Below, piece by piece: positions 46,189 through 54,775 of a DNA stretch of 64,000 bases (position 1 is its first letter; each line of letters starts with the position of its first letter). A program made the translations under genes and the position numbers. The notes beneath the pieces were generated by a model. It did no database searches, was not told where the DNA came from, and was given only the letters and a program-made list of their open reading frames with translations. The stretch comes from a virus. The stretch lies in IMG/VR virus record IMGVR_UViG_3300040781_000091, positions 10,179 through 74,178 of that record. One strand, 5' to 3'.

Positions 46189-49065
46189 TTATGATCGCCA
46201 CTTTAGCACTAACTTTATTACGGTATCCTTTATCTTGCCAGGAATACCGTCAGCGGCTCTTAATCGAATTTTATCGCCTTGGTTGAAGTCGATATCTAGT
46301 GTTGTATTTATAAAGGAAGCATCGGTTCCGCCGGACAATAGTCCAATCGGGCCGAGGTCCGTATCGTTTATGTATAGGTGTATATTTTTAGTTGCAAGAC
46401 CAGTATCAACACAATATGCAGAAGCATATGTAAGTGTTCCGTCGAACTCCGATATGTATCCACTATTTGCATTGATTGTGTTACCTATTCTTATCCATTG
46501 TAAATTGTCTAGCCTGCTATCGGAAAATACAACGGGATTCTCCGAAACAGATAATGTCTTCGATCGTACTGTATCTAAAAATACGATCGTAGGTTGTCCG
46601 TTTATAACTTCGTTAAATGTTGGGGTACTAGTAATATAGCCAGCATCATTAACCAACTCGCTTACATTATCGCCTGGTTGCAAGGCAGTGTCTGCCAACG
46701 CACCCTGAGCAGTTGTTGCATAGAAGGCTGCATAGTCGCCTGCTTCCGCAGTGACATCACCAGTTCTTCCGAATACAGAACTAACATCACCGCCTGTTCC
46801 GGAGTTTAATGTATATACATTTGTATCTCTCCAGTCGACGTAATCGTTACCCTCGTCTGTGCTCTGAAAACTTACTTTTGGTGTATTGGTATATGTATCT
46901 CTAGTCTCAAGTATAACTGTTGCAATTGGTGTAAATTCTTGAAAAGGCAATCCGAACAGTGAGTTGATTTCTGTTTGGGCGTTTTCTTGTGCGGCAGTTT
47001 TACTATTATAGTTTTCAATTCCCTGTATCGCTACGACAGGATTTAGTACATCATTTGTTGCAAAATAATGAACTAATATAAACGAGTTGTTTGCTGCTTC
47101 TGTTAGCTGCCAAGTTAATCCGGTAAACTGGTTATACGGTGGGCGGCCATTTGCACCAATAAAAACAATACTGTCGCTAAAAATAAAAGGAAAACTGCTT
47201 GCTTCTTTTTTACTCCAATCGCCGAGAGCCCCTGTTCTAAACCATACAGGTATCTGAGCAACAGGAGACAGATTTTGCCTCAAATCGTAATTGTTAATAA
47301 CAGGTGCATTATTATCTAATATTAAATGCCCTAAATCTTCATCACGTATGTAACCATTCTCTACAATAAACTGTGCGTCTGCATTCGTAGGATTTGCAGG
47401 GTCGACACTCATATTCAATAGTGCTAGGCCGGAAATATACTGAGCACCGAATGACTCATGAAAATGTATATGCGTCGCGGAATCCATTGTGATTCCGTGT
47501 CTTTCGTCGCCTAACGTCACAAGCCCTGTTGTTCCGGCTGCTGGGGTATCGTTCCACGTTAAGTTGGCCACATACGAGTTATCTACTAGTATAGTAGTAA
47601 AATCTGGATTTAATGTTGCCTGCAATGTTACAGTGTCGTCTAAATAGAAGAAATATGTTCCTGTTGTATCGGGTATAGTAACTGACAGCGGGGCCGAGAC
47701 TGTATACTTAACTCCGTGAATATAGTAATCGAAGCTTGTCGCAGGAGCTAATGGCTCTACTGTAAATGTTCTGGTCGCAATTACAAAAGAAAATGTAGAA
47801 TCAGTTCTATTAAGGAATCCAGTTGGTTCGTCTGTATCTTCGGCAATTTCACTCGCAAGCGAAGTGACGAACTCAACTGCATCTCCTGCAGAGTTAACCT
47901 GAAGGACTTTTCCTTCCGCACCGGTATAACTAGCGGGTGTATCAGTTAGCCCGATGAATGTTGTAGAGCCTGTTGTCTTGTTTCCAGGGACAAACTCCGT
48001 ACCGTTCCATTCGATGATCTGCCCAGTCGTAATTCCTGTTATGTCTACATCTGATAAATCGCCAATCGACTGCGCTGATATCGTAGTCAGATACCCTGCA
48101 TCATTAACTAATTCGCTTACATTATCGCCGGGTGCTAGTGTGTTTGCTAGAAGCCAGTCGAGTGCATCTGAGACAGAGACACCAGTTACACCGCTTACGT
48201 TGGTTATTTGATCGGAATCATAATCACCCACTTCTGCAACAACAACTCCGGTCCTACCGAACACAGAATCAACTGCACCAGTTCCTCCGGTGCCGGGTTC
48301 CCATTCGCCACTGACCGAATTATACGTCAGTACATTGCCATTCGCTGCACCGGTTGTATCGACATCGATTAGATCGCCTAGTGCTAGATTAGCAAGAGTA
48401 TTCTCTATGTTAGTAATATCGGTGGTGTTAGTATCGACTAGTGCATCTAATTCGTCTATTGCTGCCTGAACATCTGTTGCCGATAAACCACTTATAGTGC
48501 TATCATAGTCAACTTGTATTGCATCGTAATCGCCTGCTTCTGCGACAACCACACCCACACGACCGAAAACACTAGTTACTGCTCCTGTACCGCCGCCGGG
48601 TACAAATATCAACCCGTCTTCGGTGGCATTTACAACAACCGTCTGACCAGCAAAGCCGGCATAAGACGCGGGAGTGTCAGTTAACTCTATAAACTGAGTA
48701 ACACCGGATCCGAGGGGTATCAAATTATAATAAACCTGTTCGACTGTGACGTTAGACACATCGACTTGATCGACACCGATTGTTCCAAGTGATCGTACTA
48801 AAATTTCAATTTCTGCTGCTGTCCAATCTGCTCGGTTTGTCTCTAATGCAAAGGACATACCAAGCGGGTTAGTAATCGGATTCATAATCGAAATTGTTGC
48901 CCGATCAGACAACAGTGTATAGATAATCTCAGCAGCCGATCCCTGAACAGGCTGACCATACATGTCAACTGCCCCAGAGAAGTCGGCCCCGATTATCCTA
49001 AAATGTTGTAACGAGCCTGTAAGTACTTGATCACAGAATCCCCCGCCGTTAACCCTAACTGGCAT
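46189..49065 (-). CDS. Long fibre protein with N-terminal VNG-family domain
   Basis: MPVRVNGG start; F..LTDTPASY.G and SVFGR.G.V.AE.GDY repeats. Confidence 0.8.
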   Translation of the reverse strand: MPVRVNGGGFCDQVLTGSLQHFRIIGADFSGAVDMYGQPVQGSAAEIIYTLLSDRATISIMNPITNPLGMSFALETNRADWTAAEIEILVRSLGTIGVDQVDVSNVTVEQVYYNLIPLGSGVTQFIELTDTPASYAGFAGQTVVVNATEDGLIFVPGGGTGAVTSVFGRVGVVVAEAGDYDAIQVDYDSTISGLSATDVQAAIDELDALVDTNTTDITNIENTLANLALGDLIDVDTTGAANGNVLTYNSVSGEWEPGTGGTGAVDSVFGRTGVVVAEVGDYDSDQITNVSGVTGVSVSDALDWLLANTLAPGDNVSELVNDAGYLTTISAQSIGDLSDVDITGITTGQIIEWNGTEFVPGNKTTGSTTFIGLTDTPASYTGAEGKVLQVNSAGDAVEFVTSLASEIAEDTDEPTGFLNRTDSTFSFVIATRTFTVEPLAPATSFDYYIHGVKYTVSAPLSVTIPDTTGTYFFYLDDTVTLQATLNPDFTTILVDNSYVANLTWNDTPAAGTTGLVTLGDERHGITMDSATHIHFHESFGAQYISGLALLNMSVDPANPTNADAQFIVENGYIRDEDLGHLILDNNAPVINNYDLRQNLSPVAQIPVWFRTGALGDWSKKEASSFPFIFSDSIVFIGANGRPPYNQFTGLTWQLTEAANNSFILVHYFATNDVLNPVVAIQGIENYNSKTAAQENAQTEINSLFGLPFQEFTPIATVILETRDTYTNTPKVSFQSTDEGNDYVDWRDTNVYTLNSGTGGDVSSVFGRTGDVTAEAGDYAAFYATTAQGALADTALQPGDNVSELVNDAGYITSTPTFNEVINGQPTIVFLDTVRSKTLSVSENPVVFSDSRLDNLQWIRIGNTINANSGYISEFDGTLTYASAYCVDTGLATKNIHLYINDTDLGPIGLLSGGTDASFINTTLDIDFNQGDKIRLRAADGIPGKIKDTVIKLVLKWRS

Positions 49066-49076
49066 AGGTTACTCCT

Positions 49077-49580
49077 TTAAGCTAATTCGAACGGTACTTG
49101 TGTAATTGCAACTGTAGTTGATACGTTAGCTGTGACCGGTGGTGCGCCTGCTGCGCCTGCTGATACTGGCACTGTTAGTGTTGCTCCAATAGCAGCAATA
49201 GCATCCTGCATAGCAACAACATCCACATCGCCGCCAGTTCCATCTGGTAGTACCGGTGTAATCCATCCAAATGCCGTTCCGTCTACGGAAAAGTCGATTT
49301 CGGTTTCTGCGCCTGGCGCACCAATTACACCAATATCTACAACGGTGCATTTCTCCATAATTGCTTCTAATGCCCAGTTAGCTAGAGAACCTGGTACTGG
49401 GCGATCCTCGCCAACAGTAAAATATGTTGTAGCAGGAGTTGCGCCGCCAGTTACAGGCGAGTCAAGTGTTACTGTACCATCACTAACAGTCCAAGCAAAG
49501 GCCCCTGTCATCTTAAAGTATAGTAATTTGCCAGCAAGCATTTGGTCTGTAATGATGCCACCGTTTACTTGTGTTGTCAT
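49077..49580 (-). CDS. Virion protein, MTx(Q/K)(V/I)NG family
   Basis: MTTQVNGG; GGAG RBS; GATAAATA at 49611-49618. Confidence 0.7.
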   Translation of the reverse strand: MTTQVNGGIITDQMLAGKLLYFKMTGAFAWTVSDGTVTLDSPVTGGATPATTYFTVGEDRPVPGSLANWALEAIMEKCTVVDIGVIGAPGAETEIDFSVDGTAFGWITPVLPDGTGGDVDVVAMQDAIAAIGATLTVPVSAGAAGAPPVTANVSTTVAITQVPFELA

Positions 49581-49646
49581 GTTAATTCTCCATAATGAAA
49601 ATGTTTCTTGTATTTATCAATAAAGTCAAACCTTTCGTGCAGTCAC

Positions 49647-49672
49647 AAAAAAGCAGCCCTAAGGCTGCTTTT
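49647..49672 (-). terminator. Intrinsic terminator
   Basis: AAAAGCAGCC-TTAG-GGCTGC-TTTTTT. Confidence 0.85.
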
Positions 49673-49689
49673 AAGCAAATATCAATTCC

Positions 49690-50196
49690 TTACGGTGTAG
49701 GTACTGGTGCTGGGGAATCAACCGGGACTACAACAAATCCGCCGCCAATTGAAATCTCAAGAGTTGATCCTGGGTAAGGATAGCCAGTTAGTATCTGAAC
49801 TATGAACTCGCTCAAGATAGGGTCGTCGCCGACTAAAGTAGGAGGATCGCCGATTACTGCGGCTGCTGTTCCTTTTACTGTTGTTCCTTCGATGAATTCT
49901 CCTGCTGCATACCCATAAGAAACGTAAAGGTTAGCGCCGGTTCCGTCTTGTACTGGTGATTCGTCGTTGTTCATGCCGATGATTGTTCCGCGCTGCTCTA
50001 ATACATTTATAACTTTCTGAGTGTAACCTTCTGTGGTCCACGGTGTTCCAAATGCGTTAAGAAACGGTGCGTCGGTTATATATGCACTAATAATCATCCA
50101 TGCTACTTTCTTCTCGTTCCAGAAGCCGGGACGTGGCGCTGTTGCTGCATTAGGTGCAACATTGACAGTGTTTGGGTTGTTTGGTAAGAATGCCAT
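49690..50196 (-). CDS. Virion protein, paralog of 50306-50707
   Basis: G.W.EK and QKVINVLEQRGTIIG shared with QQVMNILQTRGTVIG; GATAAATA at 50230-50237. Confidence 0.7.
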   Translation of the reverse strand: MAFLPNNPNTVNVAPNAATAPRPGFWNEKKVAWMIISAYITDAPFLNAFGTPWTTEGYTQKVINVLEQRGTIIGMNNDESPVQDGTGANLYVSYGYAAGEFIEGTTVKGTAAAVIGDPPTLVGDDPILSEFIVQILTGYPYPGSTLEISIGGGFVVVPVDSPAPVPTP

Positions 50197-50257
50197 ATTA
50201 AATTTCTCCATAAGAAAATATGTTTTGTATATTTATCCATTATCAGAAAATCTAGTC

Positions 50258-50285
50258 AAAAAAAAGCAGCCCGGAGGCTGCTTTT
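50258..50285 (-). terminator. Intrinsic terminator
   Basis: AAAAGCAGCC-TCCG-GGCTGC-TTTTTTTT. Confidence 0.85.
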
Positions 50286-50305
50286 CGAATCCTACTGCTA
50301 CTCTA

Positions 50306-50707
50306 TTAAGGAGTGAAAGGAGGATCAGGCTGTACGTGAGTAACAACTGCAGGAGTTGCGCCAGCGAAGCCTTCGAATACAGTGATTGTACAAGTGCTGC
50401 TAGTAGCTGCATCGATTGCAACTTGTAGCTCGTCGATAACAGTGTTAACGCCGCTTGGTACAGAACCGTCTGGTACAAGCTCTTCCCATGCGCCAGCAGA
50501 TGTGCCGAATAGGTAGTTTGCTTCTGTAGCAGAAACAACAGTGTAACCAATTACAGTACCACGAGTCTGTAGGATATTCATAACTTGCTGGTTTACACCG
50601 TTGATGGTGTCAGCTGTTAGATCAACAAGACCAGTGATGTTTAAGATTGATGTATCTTTCTCGTACCAAGAACCTTGGTAAAGCATTCCATTAACTTTTT
50701 GTGTCAT
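50306..50707 (-). CDS. Virion protein, MTx(Q/K)(V/I)NG family (probably an abundant decoration protein)
   Basis: MTQKVNG; AGGAG RBS, 5' hairpin, own promoter (50761-50768) and terminator. Confidence 0.7.
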   Translation of the reverse strand: MTQKVNGMLYQGSWYEKDTSILNITGLVDLTADTINGVNQQVMNILQTRGTVIGYTVVSATEANYLFGTSAGAWEELVPDGSVPSGVNTVIDELQVAIDAATSSTCTITVFEGFAGATPAVVTHVQPDPPFTP

Positions 50708-50780
50708 TTTATTTCTCCTAAAAATTCTTTTAGCAAATCCTTATGATCTGCTGTTAAGTTTATTTATCAAAATTATCGAA

Positions 50781-51071
50781 TTATTTGCTAATAGATAACT
50801 CTAAATCGTATATATGTCCGTCGTCTAACTCTACTTTAGCATAATACCCGTCTGCCTTAGCGTTTAGCTCGTGAAATTTAACGAAATGTGGGTTCTTTTT
50901 AAGTTCGTTATAAAAAGCAAAGCCCGAGGTGCCGTAAGACGATGGCTCCTGTTTTTCATCATAAATGCTAGCACGTTTGTTCATTTTGCCGGTACTATGA
51001 CCGATAGTAGCGATATTTCCGGCTCCGGTTGCACCCATACTAGCAGATTCTTTTATGTCTTTAATTCTCAT
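50781..51071 (-). CDS. Putative internal head protein
   Basis: MRIKDIKESASMGATGAGNIA. Confidence 0.65.
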   Translation of the reverse strand: MRIKDIKESASMGATGAGNIATIGHSTGKMNKRASIYDEKQEPSSYGTSGFAFYNELKKNPHFVKFHELNAKADGYYAKVELDDGHIYDLELSISK

Positions 51072-51334
51072 CGGAAAGGCGCCTCTTCATCTCTTGCCGG
51101 AGCAGATGGGTAATCACTCTGGAGTGTTGCAAGATCGTCGATTGTTGATCGAGTGCCATTTTTCTTTAATTGCTTTCCAGCTACTCTTAATAGATCAGCA
51201 AGTTCTTTATCGGATGGTTCGCCATCTAGGAAATCATTCACTATAGTTTTCACCATACTTCTAAGCGCACTCGGAGAGGACAACCCGATTGGGCTCTCGT
51301 CGAGACTTTCGTTTGTAATATCTTTAAACTTCAT
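51068..51334 (-). CDS. Putative internal head protein
   Basis: Likely start MKFKDITNE at 51334. Confidence 0.6.
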   Translation of the reverse strand: MKFKDITNESLDESPIGLSSPSALRSMVKTIVNDFLDGEPSDKELADLLRVAGKQLKKNGTRSTIDDLATLQSDYPSAPARDEEAPFR

Positions 51335-51629
51335 GCTTCTTCTCTCTCCAAATATCGCCAAGTACTTTTATGTCCGACTTGCGTATATTTAGCATTAATT
51401 GAAGTAGCTGATTCGTAGTTTCTTGATTTGTACGAGAACTAAGAGAGTACTTAGATTTTATCTGACTAATTAGTGATTGCATTTCCTTTTCTCGTGCAAC
51501 TGCTCCACGAAAAACACGATCGATAGTCTCGAAGTCGACGTCGGCATATCGTTTACGTAACTCGGAAGCGGCTGCCGATTCGTCGTAGTTTACACCGATA
51601 TCTCGTTTTGTCACTTCGTCGAGTTTCAT
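51324..51629 (-). CDS. Putative internal head protein
   Basis: MKLDEV leader. Confidence 0.6.
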   Translation of the reverse strand: MKLDEVTKRDIGVNYDESAAASELRKRYADVDFETIDRVFRGAVAREKEMQSLISQIKSKYSLSSRTNQETTNQLLQLMLNIRKSDIKVLGDIWREKKHEV

Positions 51630-52642
51630 CCTACAAACCTCTGCCCTTTAAGATAACCCTCGGGCTTAGTTTGCATAGTTGCATATCGTCCGCCAGCACT
51701 ATCCTTCTGATCGTCTTCTTGCAATTGGACATCACGTGGAACCTCTTCTTTAGAGATCACACCCGACTTTAGCGCCATTGAATAAATTCTTTCTACCATC
51801 GGATGCTTACGCATAACAGGAGCCTGATCTATATAAAAAGACAGGTTTTCAATCTCATCAGCAAGACGATCGGCAAATATAGCAACTTCTTCATATTGAT
51901 ATTCGGCTTCGTCGTGGTCACCGGCTTGTCCCCACATCTCACTTACCTTCTTAAGGTCTTTAATTATCCCTGCAAGATCGGGGTTCTCCATAGCGGTGTC
52001 TTCTTCTAGCTCCCCGGTGACTTCCCCTATAATGGTATGTGCGTCTTCGCTTCTAAGCCACGTTGCAACAGTTTTGTTATTAGCCGAATATATAGTATTG
52101 GGTTCACTCGGACGACCCGCTACACGCCATGGTAGGGGATATTCTTCTGTCGGGCCGAATGTGGCGGCGTCTACTCCGTCGCCTATGCCAGCGAAGCCTT
52201 TTGCTTTAAATTCTGCATCGCGCTCTCGGCTTCTCTGGTGTAGTGCTTTTAGGGTCGGAGACTCTCTGCCTTCTTTGTCGCCTTCCTCTTGCAAACTTTC
52301 GTTCTTCTTATTCTCTCGATTCCAGGCAGTCGAATACAATACACGCTCCCAGTCCTTTCCGTATCGAGCTTTGAACTCAGGCTTGCGCTTTTTAATCCAT
52401 TCTTCCTGACCGGGCGGAGCAACCTCATTAACGGCCCACGAACTATATGTTCCAGGGCGAACCGCATGGCGGCGCTCTTGTTCTTTAGCAATATCCAATG
52501 CAGACTTTCCACGGAAGCGAGGATCTGCTGCTAATTCCTCAAATCTTTTACGCAGCTCTTCGTTAGACATTGCAGCGAGCTTTTGCTTTTGTTTAGCAAC
52601 TACCGACGGCATGCCTTCGTTTAATATATCATTAATTTTCAT
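51626..52642 (-). CDS. Putative multi-segment internal head protein
   Basis: MKINDILNEG; internal VNEVAPPG..YSTAW, LQEE, LEED and LQED sites. Confidence 0.65.
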   Translation of the reverse strand: MKINDILNEGMPSVVAKQKQKLAAMSNEELRKRFEELAADPRFRGKSALDIAKEQERRHAVRPGTYSSWAVNEVAPPGQEEWIKKRKPEFKARYGKDWERVLYSTAWNRENKKNESLQEEGDKEGRESPTLKALHQRSRERDAEFKAKGFAGIGDGVDAATFGPTEEYPLPWRVAGRPSEPNTIYSANNKTVATWLRSEDAHTIIGEVTGELEEDTAMENPDLAGIIKDLKKVSEMWGQAGDHDEAEYQYEEVAIFADRLADEIENLSFYIDQAPVMRKHPMVERIYSMALKSGVISKEEVPRDVQLQEDDQKDSAGGRYATMQTKPEGYLKGQRFVG

Positions 52643-52651
52643 AGTGTGTCC

Positions 52652-53050
52652 TTATACCGTTAGTTTAGGATTGCTGGTCATGAAATTCGGTTTACGCATC
52701 ACTGTCTTAGCAATCAGTTCAAACATTTTTCTACGTGGATTCCAGTTTAATACAAAGGGCGAATTAAGCTTACTTCCCACGTCATTTATAACAGCCTGTG
52801 CCTTATCTCCCATGTCTGCTATTTGTTTTCCGTACTTTTGTTCGGCCTTTCCGAACATTTTAAATAATTCGCCTGTAGTAATCTGCTTTCTGTTACGCTG
52901 ATCGTTTACGCGGTCAAGAAAGTGGCGAGTAAATTCTAGGTCGATGTCGTCCCTATTATACAAAGCATCTAGATATTTTTCAAGTGAATCTAGATCTTGC
53001 TGAGTAACAGGTTCGTCGGGCGAAGTTGATGTAAATTCGTATAATCTCAT
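52652..53050 (-). CDS. Putative RelE/BECR-fold RNase-like protein with leader
   Basis: MRLYEF leader; FTRHFLDR helix and terminal IAKTVMRK strand. Confidence 0.45.
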   Translation of the reverse strand: MRLYEFTSTSPDEPVTQQDLDSLEKYLDALYNRDDIDLEFTRHFLDRVNDQRNRKQITTGELFKMFGKAEQKYGKQIADMGDKAQAVINDVGSKLNSPFVLNWNPRRKMFELIAKTVMRKPNFMTSNPKLTV

Positions 53051-53940
53051 GCCGCCCCCATATACTGTGCAATTTCCGGTGGGTAATCGTATTCACGTTT
53101 ACCGATGTCGTGATGTTGTGAGAAATTCTTTGCCATCTGTTTAAATATTTCTTCTTGTGTTGCTTTATCGAACGATTTCTTTACGGCTTCGACAATTGAT
53201 TCTGCGCTGTTCAAAACATTTGCTCCTGCTTTTCCGATGAATAATATCTTAGCGATATCTTCTGCTTTTTTGTAGGGCTTCCCTAAAATTACTTCGTCCT
53301 GCTTCTGGAGCCATTTCCCAGTCTTGGCGTTTTTTCTACTAGTACGTTTTACTTTTATTAATCCGTCGTTCGGTGACCACTTCCATCTAATTGTTTCTAT
53401 CGGTCTTCCTTGATCGTCGACTTCTTTACTGGTTGCTCTATCTGTAAATCCTGCAAGGGTAGACAATGCAATATTACGGTGTGTTCCTTTTAATTTAGAC
53501 TCGGTTTCGCTAGGAGAGTGCAGATATAATTTCAACCAATCTCTGTCGCCAAACATATAATCAACCTGCACATATCCTGTTCGAGGATGTCTAGCATCGT
53601 GCGCTGGGTTAAAGTTTTGTATAGGCACCTTTGTCGTAAGTAGTTTACCTATCTTACGTACATTTACATCACCGAATGTCTTTCTTAGATCTGAGATAAA
53701 TTGATCCATCTCTTCTTTGGTCTTCGGTTCTACTGCAAGATCAATGTCACCGCTGTATTCTTTTTTGCCAACCGAACCTAGCACACGGCCACCGATATCC
53801 TCGAGGTTAGTTTTTTTAGCAATATAGTCGAGTGTCGGTTGTAACTCGTCGATGTGTATTGTTCCGACACCGTCGAATGCGTTACCTCCCTCGTGAAGAC
53901 GCGCCCTAGCTTGCTCGTTTAAGATGTCAAATAATCTCAT
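53047..53940 (-). CDS. Pol-beta superfamily nucleotidyltransferase with leader
   Basis: VLGSVGKKEYSGDIDLAV (GS..DxD) and YVQVD third Asp. Confidence 0.75.
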   Translation of the reverse strand: MRLFDILNEQARARLHEGGNAFDGVGTIHIDELQPTLDYIAKKTNLEDIGGRVLGSVGKKEYSGDIDLAVEPKTKEEMDQFISDLRKTFGDVNVRKIGKLLTTKVPIQNFNPAHDARHPRTGYVQVDYMFGDRDWLKLYLHSPSETESKLKGTHRNIALSTLAGFTDRATSKEVDDQGRPIETIRWKWSPNDGLIKVKRTSRKNAKTGKWLQKQDEVILGKPYKKAEDIAKILFIGKAGANVLNSAESIVEAVKKSFDKATQEEIFKQMAKNFSQHHDIGKREYDYPPEIAQYMGAA

Positions 53941-54158
53941 TAGATATCCAAGTCGAAGTCTTTAATAATTGACCGGTACTTACTTACAATCTTGTCGTTC
54001 TTGTCCCACATGCTCATTACTTTTTTCATGGCACCCTGGGCCAAAAGATCGCCCGACTCCTTGCGCTTGAGATCACTGATGATTTGCTTATATTGCCGAA
54101 TAGACAATTCATCCAATCCTTCGTCTACTGCCTGTTCTGTTACTTCATCTATTCTCAT
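53940..54158 (-). CDS. Small putative head protein
   Basis: MRIDEVTE leader. Confidence 0.6.
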   Translation of the reverse strand: MRIDEVTEQAVDEGLDELSIRQYKQIISDLKRKESGDLLAQGAMKKVMSMWDKNDKIVSKYRSIIKDFDLDI

Positions 54159-54159
54159 A

Positions 54160-54765
54160 TTACAAACCCTTATCTATTACTATACGGTTTATCCAGCCGC
54201 GTATAAATGTTTCTTGCGATTCTTCTTCGAGCGCTCGTTTGATGTAGTGTGCGCCTCTTTGTATTAATAATGTCTTCAACACAAGCTCCGGATCGCACGA
54301 TGCTAAAAGTATGTTATAAGATCTAATTGTTACGTTTCCGGGCTTTCCGTCTACTACCAAATCACTATACAGCGATCCTTTGCGATTAAATATATTTAAC
54401 GCAGTTTGTAAAAACTTAGCACTACGAGTTTTGCCCATGTTGACCCCGGCGTCAAACACTTCTGCTGCAATCGGTAGACTACGAGCTGCTAAGTCTTCGC
54501 AACGTAAGGGATTCCAAAAGTTCTCAATGTAGAATTTTTTAATTTCGTCATCTAAACTCTCATTACTGTTTAAAGATCTAGGAAATCCAGATTCCTTCTT
54601 TGCTGCATCAACTACCTCCCAGCCTTTCCACTGCGGCCAATATACGCGGCTAATACCTTTAATTGTTTCTTTGCCGATGTCGTCTGGGTTATTAACATAC
54701 CCACCTTCGAACTTCAACGTAAACTTATATGCTTTCTGAAATGCTGCGCTACCTGTGTCCGACAT
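54160..54765 (-). CDS. Glycoside hydrolase family 108 lysozyme with PG-binding domain
   Basis: EGGYVNNPDD.GKET..GI, VFDAGVNMG, DGKPG..T, F.RGW.NR. Confidence 0.9.
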   Translation of the reverse strand: MSDTGSAAFQKAYKFTLKFEGGYVNNPDDIGKETIKGISRVYWPQWKGWEVVDAAKKESGFPRSLNSNESLDDEIKKFYIENFWNPLRCEDLAARSLPIAAEVFDAGVNMGKTRSAKFLQTALNIFNRKGSLYSDLVVDGKPGNVTIRSYNILLASCDPELVLKTLLIQRGAHYIKRALEEESQETFIRGWINRIVIDKGL

Positions 54766-54775
54766 TACTTATCTC

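Noticed and set aside
40129-49065. Fibre repeats as a diversity-generating retroelement or invertible cassette
   Set aside because: Differences are at synonymous positions rather than adenine-specific, and no reverse transcriptase or invertase is in the window
50233-50550. 105-aa minus-strand ORF overlapping 50306-50707
   Set aside because: Alternate frame running through a terminator; Leu/Gln-rich frame artefact
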